Assembly (NCBI GenBank): GCA_964516995.1
Contig: CAZFAV010000003.1
Location: 530-64,529 of the forward strand
Reading direction: 5' to 3'
DNA from: an uncultured Candidatus Peribacteria bacterium
GTDB taxonomy: Bacteria > Patescibacteriota > Gracilibacteria > UBA1369 > 2-02-FULL-48-14
Length of the DNA: 64,000 bases
In this document: positions 1 through 9,781 of the stretch, one piece after another
Position numbering within the stretch: the first letter of the stretch is position 1
How the letters are laid out: every line of letters begins with the position of its first letter
Translations under genes and position numbers: made by a program
Notes under the pieces: model-generated
What the model saw: the letters and a program-made list of their open reading frames with translations, nothing else
Database searches by the model: none
Told to the model about the DNA's origin: nothing

Positions 1-1
1 A

Positions 2-1795
2 GATTTGTTTTTTTCGCAACCCAGTACAGTAGTAAGAAAAAGCTCTTTAATGACCATTCTTACTGAAAACAACAATGTAGGAGATTTCGGTAAGGCAGTG
101 ATTGCTTATTTACAAGAAGATAGTCCAGACGACCTAGCTTTTAGCAAGACCCTTTCTCAATATGAAAACATATATGGATATAAAAAAGCAGGAGGTGATT
201 ACAAATTAGAAGACAATGAATTTTCTTACGCCAAGGAGATCTTACCTTATTCCATTATCGGTGATCATTTGAAATTAGGCTATTACAACCTAAATTTGAA
301 TCCTGACTCCACTAATACAAGTGTGATTTACGGCCTACCGCTCACAGAAAAAGTAGCCGGGCAGGAGGGGAAGCATGTAGATTTGATGCTAGCAGAAAAT
401 TACTTGGCTCAAGAAGATTTAGAAGCTGAAGTTCCCATAGAAAATGGTCAGATGCTGATTAACTTTTCACAGAAACCTGGGGATTGGGAAACTGTTTCTT
501 TTTTGGATTTACTCAACGGGACAGTGGATGAAAGTGTTTTCAAAGATAAGATAGTGCTCTTAGGGGTAACCAGCCTAGGTCTACATGATTTTTTTTACAC
601 TCCACTTTCAGTAGAAACACCCACTCCTGGAATTGAAATTCATGCAAATGCACTCCAAACACTTTTAGGAAAAAATTATCTTCAATATCAAGGTTTGACA
701 GGCTACGGACTAGCCTCCTTTTTCTTCTTAACCTTACTGGTCATAGTCACCTTATACCTCCCTATAGCTTGGGGGAGTTTACTTTTAATTCTAGAATTCG
801 CTCTTTATTTTGTTTACGCGCGTTTCTCCTTCAGCCGAGGCATTATCCTTGATCTTATTTGGCCTTTTGTAGCTTTAGTAGCAGCATATTTAGCCGCTTT
901 AGCTTATCGAAATTTCACAGAATTTGCAGAAAAAAGAAAACTTCGAGAAGCTTTTTCTCACTACGTAGGTCCAGAAGTAGTGGCGCAAATTTCAGCACAT
1001 CCGGAGCAACTTGCCTTAGGAGGCGAAAAGCGTCAACTCACTGCTTTTTTCTTAGACATAGAAAATTTCACTCACCTTTCGGAAGGCCTAACTCCACCAG
1101 AGGTAGTTAAAGTCATCAATCATTATTTCGACGCACTTTCTAAAGTGATTATGGCTCACGGAGGGAGTGTAGATAAGTTTGAAGGCGATGCTATTATGGC
1201 TCTCTTTGGTGCCCCGGTACCTTCCAGCGATCATGCGGAAAAAGCTTGCCAAGCCGCGCTAGCTATTCGTGAAAAAATGAATGAACTCAATATCAGCAGT
1301 GGATATGAGCTCAACATTCGCATTGGTTTAGCAACGGGAGAAGCGATCGTTGGAAATATGGGAAGTGAAGAGCGGTTTGATTACACCGCCATGGGAGATA
1401 CGGTGAACACCGCTTCTCGGTTAGAAGGAGCTAATAAATTCTACAAGACTCGGATTTTAGTCACGGAAAGTACGGCGCATTCGGCTCCCAGTATTTTATT
1501 CCGCAATGTAGACAGTGTTTGTTTAAAAGGTAAGGATCACCCCATCCAAATTTACGAAGTGATGGGTAGATTAGAGGGAGCTAGCAATGAGGGGAAACAA
1601 CTTATTGAAGATTGGTCCAAGGCTTTGGAGGCTTATCGAAAAGCCAATTGGGAGTTAGCAGAGAAAGAAATGAAAAAAGTTTTAGAAAGCTTGCCCCATG
1701 ATGGACCTGCAGAAACACTCATAGCCCGTATAGCCTTGCTCAAAATGAACACTCCACCAGATTGGGATGGAGTGTGGCATTTTGACAGCAAATAA
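2..1795 (+). CDS. CHASE2-type sensor / class III adenylate-guanylate cyclase (5' end probably runs off the window)
   Basis: The C-terminal half carries class III cyclase motifs (LTAFFLDIENFT, KFEGDAIMALFGAP, RIGLATGEAIVGNMGS, YTAMGDTVNTASRLE). An extracytoplasmic-looking N-terminal region followed by 3 TM helices resembles CHASE2. The frame is open to base 2. Confidence 0.85.
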   Translation, partial: DLFFSQPSTVVRKSSLMTILTENNNVGDFGKAVIAYLQEDSPDDLAFSKTLSQYENIYGYKKAGGDYKLEDNEFSYAKEILPYSIIGDHLKLGYYNLNLNPDSTNTSVIYGLPLTEKVAGQEGKHVDLMLAENYLAQEDLEAEVPIENGQMLINFSQKPGDWETVSFLDLLNGTVDESVFKDKIVLLGVTSLGLHDFFYTPLSVETPTPGIEIHANALQTLLGKNYLQYQGLTGYGLASFFFLTLLVIVTLYLPIAWGSLLLILEFALYFVYARFSFSRGIILDLIWPFVALVAAYLAALAYRNFTEFAEKRKLREAFSHYVGPEVVAQISAHPEQLALGGEKRQLTAFFLDIENFTHLSEGLTPPEVVKVINHYFDALSKVIMAHGGSVDKFEGDAIMALFGAPVPSSDHAEKACQAALAIREKMNELNISSGYELNIRIGLATGEAIVGNMGSEERFDYTAMGDTVNTASRLEGANKFYKTRILVTESTAHSAPSILFRNVDSVCLKGKDHPIQIYEVMGRLEGASNEGKQLIEDWSKALEAYRKANWELAEKEMKKVLESLPHDGPAETLIARIALLKMNTPPDWDGVWHFDSK

Positions 1796-2974
1796 TCAGC
1801 TCAAAAGCACTTGGACTCCAGGGAGCATTTTCCCTTCTAGAAATTCTAGCATGGCTCCACCACCTGTAGAGATATGAGTGTATTTGTCATGAGGAATGCC
1901 AAAGTGGTTGATGGCATCAATACTGTCACCTCCACCTAAAACCTTGGATGCAGAAGTTTCTGCTATGGCCTCAGCCACCCCACGGGTGCCTTTTTCGAAG
2001 GCAGGATTTTCATAAAGTCCCATGGGGCCATTCCACAAAATGGTTCTGCTGTCTTGAAGCGCCGCTACAAATAGGGCAATGGTTTGAGTGCCCAAATCTA
2101 GAATCTTCTGGTCTCCAGGGACGGCGTTTACCTCCACCTCTGAAACAGTTACGCCTGGAGTAATATCGGTGGCAATCATGACATCCACCGGCAATAAAAC
2201 CTTCTTACCCAAAGTTGCAGCCTGCTCCAAAAATTGTTTAGCAGTAGTGATTTTATCGTTTTCGCAAAGGGAAGTGCCCACACCATAGCCCTGAGCTGCC
2301 AAAAAAGTATTGGCCAATGCACCCCCAATCAGAAAAGTGTCTGCAATATTTAAAAACTTTTCTAGAATGCCAATTTTTGTATCAATTTTGGCACCTCCTG
2401 CTACTAAAGTAACTGGTTTTTTAGGATTTTCTAAGATACCAGACAAAACATCTACTTCACGAGCCACTAAAAGTCCGGCATAAGCAGTCAAAAATTGAGT
2501 AACACCTACAGTGCTGGCATGAGCCCTATGAATGGTTCCAAACGCATCATTCACAAATAAGTCACACCCTTCGGCCAATGCTTTTGCAAAAACTGGATCA
2601 TTTGCTTCCTCTTCAGGATGGAAACGTACATTTTCCAAAAGTAAGACATCGCCTCCTTTCATACCCGCAATAGCCGCTTTTACCTCGGGGCCAATACAGT
2701 CAGAAAGCTTTTGCACAGTCTGACCTAAAAGTGAAGAAAGGGTACTAGCCACTAGATCCAATCTTAAATCTTCCGTCACTCCCTTGGGCCGTCCCAAATG
2801 AGTCACAATAACAACCTTAGCTCCGCGTCGAATTAACTCTTGAAGGGTAGGCAGGCTTTCTCTCAAACGAGTGTCATCTTGGACTTTCCCATCTTTAATA
2901 GGGAGGTTAAAATCAGTTCTGAGGAGTACAGTTTTAGATTCAACAGGAGCTTCTGCGAGAGTACGAAATTTCAT
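1796..2974 (-). CDS. pgk: phosphoglycerate kinase
   Basis: Full-length match to the PGK pattern (RTDFNLPIKDGKV.DDTRL, VTHLGRPKG, GGGDS, STGGGAMLEFLEG). It ends in TGA. Confidence 0.95.
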   Translation of the reverse strand: MKFRTLAEAPVESKTVLLRTDFNLPIKDGKVQDDTRLRESLPTLQELIRRGAKVVIVTHLGRPKGVTEDLRLDLVASTLSSLLGQTVQKLSDCIGPEVKAAIAGMKGGDVLLLENVRFHPEEEANDPVFAKALAEGCDLFVNDAFGTIHRAHASTVGVTQFLTAYAGLLVAREVDVLSGILENPKKPVTLVAGGAKIDTKIGILEKFLNIADTFLIGGALANTFLAAQGYGVGTSLCENDKITTAKQFLEQAATLGKKVLLPVDVMIATDITPGVTVSEVEVNAVPGDQKILDLGTQTIALFVAALQDSRTILWNGPMGLYENPAFEKGTRGVAEAIAETSASKVLGGGDSIDAINHFGIPHDKYTHISTGGGAMLEFLEGKMLPGVQVLLS

Positions 2975-3040
2975 GGAAGGGAATTAAATCAAAAACATTC
3001 TAGGCAAAAGCGGAAAAATTTGCTATAATAATATGAACGC

Positions 3041-3307
3041 ATGATGAAATACCCACTCCGAACCCAAATTTACAGCGGACTTGGTACAGGGCTGATAGTA
3101 GCCTTCAGTCTCTTTGTGACTTTTCAACTTTACCTGAACGGGGTAGAAAAATCAGTCTACACCAACAATTATACCACCAATCTTTTGCTCTCAGACACGC
3201 TCACCGAAACGTCCGGAGCAGCTCCATGGTTACTCCTCAGCGTTCTTTGGTTTGTGACTAAAACTACGGTAAAAAAGTGGCGTCGTTTTATTTTCGATCA
3301 GATTTAA
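3041..3307 (+). CDS. small hypothetical membrane protein (2 predicted TM)
   Basis: ORF with two hydrophobic segments. It overlaps the ribH 3' end by 20 nt. No recognisable family. Confidence 0.35.
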   Translation: MMKYPLRTQIYSGLGTGLIVAFSLFVTFQLYLNGVEKSVYTNNYTTNLLLSDTLTETSGAAPWLLLSVLWFVTKTTVKKWRRFIFDQI

Positions 3308-3695
3308 GCAACTCAGCCATTCGAGTAGCGCTATAAGCCGCCTCGTAACCTTTTTTGAGCCTTTTGAGTGCTTTTTTTTCGTCATCCACCATTAAAACTT
3401 CGAAAACAATAGGCACCCCAGTTTTAAGCATCACCTCCATAATACCATCGGCACACATTCTACAGACGGCATCGTAATGATCAGTATCCCCTTTTTCCAC
3501 GCAACCTAAGGCCACCATGGCGAGTGGACTCCTGGTGTTGATGAAGGATTGAAGGGCAATGGGAATCTCTACCGCTCCAGGAACACGTATAATTTGAGGG
3601 CTGATACCTTGCTCTTCAAAACCTTTTAGACACTCTTGGAGCAAGCCCTCAGTGACCTTTTCATTGAATTCAGAAACGACTATTCCGTAGTTCAT
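3288..3695 (-). CDS. ribH: 6,7-dimethyl-8-ribityllumazine synthase
   Basis: About 135 aa. The N-terminus (GIVVSEFNEKVTEGLL) and the VPGAVEIP motif are typical of lumazine synthase. It overlaps ribE by 4 nt. Confidence 0.9.
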   Translation of the reverse strand: MNYGIVVSEFNEKVTEGLLQECLKGFEEQGISPQIIRVPGAVEIPIALQSFINTRSPLAMVALGCVEKGDTDHYDAVCRMCADGIMEVMLKTGVPIVFEVLMVDDEKKALKRLKKGYEAAYSATRMAELLKSDRK

Positions 3696-4270
3696 CGATG
3701 AAAAGCATACAAACGTTCTAAGTAACGCGCAATCATATCGACTTCAACATGCACTTTGTCTCCAGGGTGAAGTTCCCCCAATTTAGTAACTCGTAGGGTT
3801 TCAGGGATAAGAGCTAAATCAATCCAATTTTCTTGAGCATCAGCAATGGTGAGACTGACCCCCAAAACCGCAATCGAACCTTTTGTCGGGCAAAATCTTA
3901 AAAGTTCAGTCGGTAGTTCTAGTCGGAGCCGAGGAGCGGGTTGTAGAACAGTAGCGACCCCATCCACATGACCACTCATCAGGTGGCCACCCAAAGGGTC
4001 TTCTAAAGTGAGTGCTGGCTCCAAATGAACCCGGTCTCCCACCTTGATTACTCCCAAACAAGTTCGGTTCAAGGTTTCACCCACAGCCGTAACCCAAAAA
4101 ATTCCTTTCTCAAACTTTTCTACAGTCAAACAAACTCCATCCACTGCAATACTAGCACCTAAGCTAAAAACGGTTTCTGGAAGAGTAGAGGAAATACTGA
4201 AAGTCATAAGATTTTCTTTTTTTTGAATTTCAACTATTTTGCCTAAGTTTTGAACAAGACCGGTAAACAT
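3692..4270 (-). CDS. ribE: riboflavin synthase alpha chain
   Basis: Starts MFTGLVQ..G.I. Shows the internally duplicated lumazine-binding barrel pattern (SIAVDGVCLTV / SIAVLGVSLTI). Confidence 0.9.
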   Translation of the reverse strand: MFTGLVQNLGKIVEIQKKENLMTFSISSTLPETVFSLGASIAVDGVCLTVEKFEKGIFWVTAVGETLNRTCLGVIKVGDRVHLEPALTLEDPLGGHLMSGHVDGVATVLQPAPRLRLELPTELLRFCPTKGSIAVLGVSLTIADAQENWIDLALIPETLRVTKLGELHPGDKVHVEVDMIARYLERLYAFHR

Positions 4271-4382
4271 GAGTGGAAATCGAGTAGATTGTCAGGATTT
4301 AGTGAGCACTTTGTAAGGAAATTTTCAGCTTTTTTGTCAGGCAGGGGGCGTAAAACAATAATGCTTTTTAACCCCCTATTTT

Positions 4383-4787
4383 ATGAAAAGCGTCAATCGT
4401 GTCACTTTGCTCGGGCACATCGTAGCAGATCTCGAGCTTAAAAGCACCAAAACAGGAAAGTCTGTGACTTCCTTTGCCATCGCTACCAACAATGAATGGT
4501 TCGATGCTGAAGGAGAGCTCATGAAAAGCACTGACTTCCACAGAATTGTGGCCTGGGATCACCTGGCCGAACTCAGCTCCAAGTTTTTACAAAAGGGGAG
4601 CCCCATCTATCTGGAAGGTCGACTCACCAATCGCTCCTACGAGGGCAAGGATAATATGACTCACTATATTACTGAAGTCGTAGCCACCCATGTAACTCTT
4701 CTCCAAATTGGTGAAAATCGAAAGAATGTGGAGCCTAAAACTTTAGAACTGAGCGAGAAGGAAGAAAGAGACCTTGTCGCGGCTTAA
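4383..4787 (+). CDS. ssb: single-stranded DNA-binding protein
   Basis: OB-fold SSB N-terminus (MKSVNRVTLLGHIVADLELKSTKTGKSVTSFAIATN, FHRIVAW). The C-terminus lacks the usual D-D-D-I-P-F tip. Confidence 0.85.
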   Translation: MKSVNRVTLLGHIVADLELKSTKTGKSVTSFAIATNNEWFDAEGELMKSTDFHRIVAWDHLAELSSKFLQKGSPIYLEGRLTNRSYEGKDNMTHYITEVVATHVTLLQIGENRKNVEPKTLELSEKEERDLVAA

Positions 4788-4808
4788 AAACAGGTTAAAG
4801 TAAGGAAT

Positions 4809-5681
4809 GTGAAACCCTATCTTTCGGTTCTTATTCCTACCTACAATCGGGCTCAGAAACTGGACAGGACTCTGGCTTATCTTCATGACCAGAGTCTTTC
4901 CAGTGATTCTTACGAAATCATTGTGGTGGACGATGGCAGTACCGACGAGACGGAAAGAGTTTTAAAGAAGTGGGCCAATCAAAGCAGTCTGGTGCAAGTT
5001 TTGAAGCAAAAAAATTCGGGACAAGGAGTTGCTCGCAATAAGGCTTTAAAAAGAGCCTCTGGTGAAATCATCCTTTTTATTGGTGACGATATCTACGCTA
5101 CCCCAGATTTTTTACTTACACATGTTCAATTCCACCAAGACCATCCCGAAGAAAATAAAGCCTGTTTAGGACTCACGGAGTGGGAGGCTCCAACTACCCC
5201 TTTTATGCAGTGGCTCACTCATGGAGGACCACAATTTGCCTATGACCAACTGAACCCCCAACGCGAAGCATCCTTTTGGTTCTTTTACACTTCGAATCTT
5301 TCACTCAAAAGATCTTTACTTCAAAAAGAAACTTTTGATGAAGACTTTAAAGCCTATGGCTGGGAAGACATTGAGCTCGGTTATCGTTTAATGAAGAAAC
5401 ACGATTTAAAAATGATTTACACACCCCAAGCTTTAGCTACGCACGACCATCCCATGGAAGAAAAAGATTTAGAGCGAAAAATGAAAAGTATAGGTAAAAC
5501 TGCCCTTGTTTTTCAGAAGAAACACCCAGAAGTTCGTGTGCTCCCACAAGGAATAAAACTTTTTATATTTAGAGTTTTGTCACTACCACCTCTACTATGG
5601 ATTTTTAAATTTTTAAGTAAGAGGTTCTATTGGTACGCCTCCTCTAAGCGCTATTTTCTTCAAGGACTAGGCTCGCTATAA
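4809..5681 (+). CDS. family 2 glycosyltransferase
   Basis: GT-A motifs are present (LSVLIPTYNR, EIIVVDDGSTDET, GDD, WEDIELGYR). GTG start. Confidence 0.8.
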   Translation: MKPYLSVLIPTYNRAQKLDRTLAYLHDQSLSSDSYEIIVVDDGSTDETERVLKKWANQSSLVQVLKQKNSGQGVARNKALKRASGEIILFIGDDIYATPDFLLTHVQFHQDHPEENKACLGLTEWEAPTTPFMQWLTHGGPQFAYDQLNPQREASFWFFYTSNLSLKRSLLQKETFDEDFKAYGWEDIELGYRLMKKHDLKMIYTPQALATHDHPMEEKDLERKMKSIGKTALVFQKKHPEVRVLPQGIKLFIFRVLSLPPLLWIFKFLSKRFYWYASSKRYFLQGLGSL

Positions 5682-5703
5682 TAGTCCTGTTAACTCTCAC
5701 GCC

Positions 5704-7095
5704 ATGAGAAAAATTTTTGCCACCATACTACTTCTGAGCTTTGCACTGAGCTCAACGGCCTGTTTAAGGACTAAAGATCCAGTTACTACCACAGTACTGC
5801 CAGAGGTCACCCTCACTTTTTACGGTCTTTTTGATAATGAAGAAGTCTACACACCCTTTATTGATGCATATGAAAAAACTCATTCCAACGTAACCATTCT
5901 ATATAAAAAATACACCGACCCCGACGCGTATCTAGATTTAATCGTGAACGAACTGGCTGAAGGTGAGGGGCCAGACATTTTTATGATGCACAACACCTGG
6001 TTCCCAGAAAATTATAAAAAACTCACTCCGGCGCCAGACTCTCTCATTTCTCCCGATGTGTTTAGAACTAGCTTTGTAGATGTAACAGCCGATGACCTCA
6101 TCATCCCCAATACCAGCAATCAAGAACAAGTTTGGGGAATTCCACTTTATGTAGATACATTGGCTTTATATTACAATGACGCTCATTTTGAGGATGCAAT
6201 ACCTGCTCAAGGACATCCTTCCAGCACATGGGACGGGATTAAAAGTGATGTAACCCTACTCAACCGTCAGGATCAAAGTTTTGAGCGTTTTGAGCGTGCG
6301 GGGATCGCTCTTGGTCGTAGCGACAACATTCTTCGCGCCTTCGATATTCTCATGATGATGTTTTTAGATTACAAAGTGGACTTTTATTCAGACGACTTAA
6401 CCCAAGAAAAATTTTCAAACGATCCAAATGCTCTCAAAGCATTGCAGCTCTACACAAGTTTTGGTTTACCCAGCCAAAAAAATTACAGCTGGAATAAGTA
6501 CCTAGCAGATTCAGACAGCAGCGAAAAAGAACTCACCACATTTGCAAAAGGAAAACTTTCCATGCTCTTTGGATATTCTTACACGTACAACGACATCCAA
6601 ACAGAAATTAATCGTTTGAAGCAAGAAGGTGAGGAAACTATTGATGTAGATAGCGTAAAAATCCAAGAAGCACCTCAGGCTTTTGACCCCAGTAGTAGCG
6701 CAGAAACACGAAAGGCCTATGCAAGCTATTTTGTTCCTGTAGTGAGTCGAACTAGTGAAAATGCAGATTATGCTTGGGACTTTTTACTGAGTCTTACGGA
6801 TAGCAATTTGCTAAAAACTTATAACGCCACCACTCACCGACCCAGCGCCCTGAGATCTTTAATAACCGATGAGATGAAAGATCCAATTTATGGAGTTTTT
6901 GCAGCTCAAGTGGGTTATGCTCACAGCATTCCTATGAGCGATCCAGCGGCTTATAAAAATGTTTTTCTTGATGGCATAGATCAAGTGCTCAGTACCGCTG
7001 CTGCAGAAGATGTACTCAGAAATTTGGGAGCACAAATCGAAGCGCTTATACCTAGCTCCGGTGTAAAACCCATCTATGTTCCCACGACTGAATAA
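5704..7095 (+). CDS. extracellular solute-binding lipoprotein (sugar-type ABC SBP family), with no adjacent permease or ATPase
   Basis: Signal peptide with a lipobox (LSSTAC). GPDIFMMHNTW and the general layout resemble family 1 solute-binding proteins. Confidence 0.6.
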   Translation: MRKIFATILLLSFALSSTACLRTKDPVTTTVLPEVTLTFYGLFDNEEVYTPFIDAYEKTHSNVTILYKKYTDPDAYLDLIVNELAEGEGPDIFMMHNTWFPENYKKLTPAPDSLISPDVFRTSFVDVTADDLIIPNTSNQEQVWGIPLYVDTLALYYNDAHFEDAIPAQGHPSSTWDGIKSDVTLLNRQDQSFERFERAGIALGRSDNILRAFDILMMMFLDYKVDFYSDDLTQEKFSNDPNALKALQLYTSFGLPSQKNYSWNKYLADSDSSEKELTTFAKGKLSMLFGYSYTYNDIQTEINRLKQEGEETIDVDSVKIQEAPQAFDPSSSAETRKAYASYFVPVVSRTSENADYAWDFLLSLTDSNLLKTYNATTHRPSALRSLITDEMKDPIYGVFAAQVGYAHSIPMSDPAAYKNVFLDGIDQVLSTAAAEDVLRNLGAQIEALIPSSGVKPIYVPTTE

Positions 7096-8398
7096 GACTT
7101 TAGAAAAAATCTGCCGATGGGCTTTTATGGGGTTTATTTTAACTTTGCCCTTCCAAACCAATCTTCTCATTTACCAAACAGATTGGGGGAGAGGTTTTTT
7201 GAACCCTTATCTCACCATCGCTCTCACGCTCCCAGAAATCTTCCTAATCCTGGCAGGCTTCCTATTTATTCTTGTTCAATATAAAAAAAATTGGAAATGG
7301 GGTGACACTACTTTTCTTCAGGTAGGCGGACTTATTCTCGCAGTACTCACTATTTCTCTTTTAGTAAGTCCAAATAAAGACTTTTGGCTGCATTTTTTTA
7401 TGATAATCAAAGGGGCAGAAGCCATTTTGCTTTACCTTTTAACCACCAACAAAGTACTCAAACAAAATCAAATCTTAAAGGTATTGATTGGTGTGATGAC
7501 AGCAGAAGCCTTGCTGGGCATCTTCCAGGTTTTCTCACAATCGAGTCTGGGCTTAAATCTTTTGGGAGAACCTTTAATTTCTGGTGAGACTCCACACTTG
7601 GCACGGATCATTTGGGGAAGTTTTACCTGGATTAGGGCCTACGGAACCTTTCCACACCCCAACGTTTTGGGAGGCTTCTTGGTAGTAAGTTTACTTGCCA
7701 CCTTTCTTTACCAATCAAAGTATAAATACGAAAAAGAAATTATGTGGGGCATTCAGTTTTTAGGACTCTTGATGACCTGCTCACGATCTGCACTACTGGC
7801 GTTATCATGTGCTCTCATACTTTTATGTTTTTGGTACAGTAAAAAATTGAAGGCAAAAAATCAGGCGATTTTGGGAGGTATTTTTAGCCTCTTTATTTTT
7901 GAATTAGCTTTACTTTTTTGGTCGCGAGGGACTTTCCCATGGAACGATCCTGCACTTCTAAGCCGTTGGAGCGGTTACAAAGAAGCTCTAAGTCTTTTTT
8001 GGGCGCATCCTTTAGGAGTGGGCTGGAATCATTACACTCTATTCTTGGACGAAGTTACACCCACAGCTTTGCAGCCTTGGGACTACCAACCGGTGCACAA
8101 TGTCTACCTTTTAATTTTAGTTGAAACGGGTCTTATAGGTTTTTTTGTGGGCAACCTAGCCCTTATCCTCATCGTTCGAAAAATGTGGAGTTTGTCTAAA
8201 ACACTTTCCACTCCGGATCTAGCGTTTAAAAAAAGGATCTTCGCCCTAATTGGGATTAGTGTTATTTTGATAGGCCTATTTGATCACTACTGGATCAGTC
8301 TAGAGCAGGGCCGCTTTCTTCTCATTCTCATTTGGGGAATGTTTGCCCATTTCGTTTCAGACCCGCTCCATGTTTTACCCGTTAGGAAGGAAGAGTAG
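7076..8398 (+). CDS. O-antigen ligase / Wzy-like polytopic membrane protein
   Basis: About 10 or more TM helices with a loop region similar to Wzy_C proteins (LLMTCSRSALLAL). It overlaps the upstream SBP gene by 20 nt. Confidence 0.55.
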   Translation: MFPRLNKTLEKICRWAFMGFILTLPFQTNLLIYQTDWGRGFLNPYLTIALTLPEIFLILAGFLFILVQYKKNWKWGDTTFLQVGGLILAVLTISLLVSPNKDFWLHFFMIIKGAEAILLYLLTTNKVLKQNQILKVLIGVMTAEALLGIFQVFSQSSLGLNLLGEPLISGETPHLARIIWGSFTWIRAYGTFPHPNVLGGFLVVSLLATFLYQSKYKYEKEIMWGIQFLGLLMTCSRSALLALSCALILLCFWYSKKLKAKNQAILGGIFSLFIFELALLFWSRGTFPWNDPALLSRWSGYKEALSLFWAHPLGVGWNHYTLFLDEVTPTALQPWDYQPVHNVYLLILVETGLIGFFVGNLALILIVRKMWSLSKTLSTPDLAFKKRIFALIGISVILIGLFDHYWISLEQGRFLLILIWGMFAHFVSDPLHVLPVRKEE

Positions 8399-9320
8399 AA
8401 GTTTTAAAATCAGGAGTTCCTCTCAAAAAGTCGCTTGCACTTAAAGCACTTTTCCCTTCCATTTGTAAACTTAGAATCTGAACCGCAGAAGTAGTTGTCC
8501 CTATCCATATTTTACCTTCTTCTACCAAAACCTGACCGGGCGAAAGCTTTTTCGCTGAAGAATTAAGTTTCAAAAGTTTGAGCCGCTTTTCTTTAAACCG
8601 AGTCCAAAGGCCAGGCCAGGGGGTAAAAGCCTGGTAACGATGGAAAACTTCTTCACCAGTACGATGAAAATCTTCAAAAGCTTCTTCTTTATTGATTTTT
8701 GAGCAGAGCACTACACCTTTCTCAGTCTGCTCTTGCCACGAAAATTCTGACTCCTTCAGTTTTGCCACAGCATCCGGTATCCAGTCCTTGGCATGGCGGG
8801 CTACTTCTTCGTAAAGTTGTCCCCCTGTTATTCCAGACGAAAGAGGGAAGGATTTTTGGAAAGCAATCGGTCCAGCATCCATAGCTTCCACCATTCTCAT
8901 AAGAGTAATACCTGTTTTAGTGTCACCGTGGAGTAAAGCTGCTTCTAATGGGGAAGGCCCACGGTAGAGAGGCAGTAGAGAGGGGTGCACGTTGAGGGGC
9001 TCGAACAGTGGAAGCTCTAACCAATCTTTAGAAAGCAATTGCCCATAAGCAAAAGTCAGCAAAAAGTCGGGCCGTGATGATTGAAACTTTTTTAAAAGAT
9101 CAAAATCCCTTGAAAGTTTTTCTGGCTGAAAAACAGGAACCCCCTTCATTAAAGCCAATTCCTTGGTGGCCGGGGAAGTGAGTTCTTTCCCTCGTCCTGC
9201 AGGCTTATCCGGCTGACAGATAAGTCCAACAACCTTAAAGCGCTCATCCGTGAGCAAAGCCTCAAATAAAGGGAGAGCAATAGGACTACTGGAGAAAAAA
9301 AGGAGACTGGTGGGTTTCAT
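8382..9320 (-). CDS. fmt: methionyl-tRNA formyltransferase
   Basis: Formyltransferase N-terminal domain (CQPDKPAGRGK, LNVHPSLLPLYRGPSP) plus a C-terminal Fmt domain. Confidence 0.9.
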   Translation of the reverse strand: MKPTSLLFFSSSPIALPLFEALLTDERFKVVGLICQPDKPAGRGKELTSPATKELALMKGVPVFQPEKLSRDFDLLKKFQSSRPDFLLTFAYGQLLSKDWLELPLFEPLNVHPSLLPLYRGPSPLEAALLHGDTKTGITLMRMVEAMDAGPIAFQKSFPLSSGITGGQLYEEVARHAKDWIPDAVAKLKESEFSWQEQTEKGVVLCSKINKEEAFEDFHRTGEEVFHRYQAFTPWPGLWTRFKEKRLKLLKLNSSAKKLSPGQVLVEEGKIWIGTTTSAVQILSLQMEGKSALSASDFLRGTPDFKTSTLPS

Positions 9321-9364
9321 GGAATCTGCTAAACTGCACCTATTGTAACACGCCTCCCTGCACC

Positions 9365-9781
9365 ATGAATGCTGATTTTCAATCCCAAAAAAAATTTCTC
9401 CTCATCCCGCATTATCGGCTACTCACTTGGATTAGCGGTGGAACTCTCGTTGCTTGGACAGCCTGGGGCGTTGTTTTACTCAAACTGGATCCTTATAGCT
9501 CTACCTCACTGGCTTTGACCCTTTTTTTAGTGAGCTTTTTCATCGCCCTCTCTGGAACGTTTACACTACTAATGTCATTGATAAAAAAATGGCGAACTCG
9601 TGATCAACTGTACATTAAACATATACTCATTTCGCTTCGCCAAGGCATTTTGCTAAGTCTTTGTACCACACTCTGCGCGGGGTTGCTTGTGCTGGGCTTT
9701 TTGAGAATTTGGAATGGCTTGCTTCTAGTCATCCTTATGATGCTCATCGAATTCTACCTCAGCGGAAAAGACGAGCTATAA
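9365..9781 (+). CDS. hypothetical membrane protein (4 TM)
   Basis: Hydrophobic ORF with no recognisable family. Confidence 0.45.
   Translation: MNADFQSQKKFLLIPHYRLLTWISGGTLVAWTAWGVVLLKLDPYSSTSLALTLFLVSFFIALSGTFTLLMSLIKKWRTRDQLYIKHILISLRQGILLSLCTTLCAGLLVLGFLRIWNGLLLVILMMLIEFYLSGKDEL

Noticed and set aside
1796-1798. Alternative genetic code (UGA recoding, as in some candidate phyla)
   Set aside because: Conserved genes end at TGA (for example pgk), TAA and TAG at the expected lengths. No conserved gene is interrupted by in-frame TGA, so the standard bacterial code fits.
4271-4382. FMN riboswitch upstream of ribE-ribH
   Set aside because: The spacer is only 112 nt and is shared with the divergent ssb promoter. 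The conserved FMN-element core strings are not present on the minus strand.
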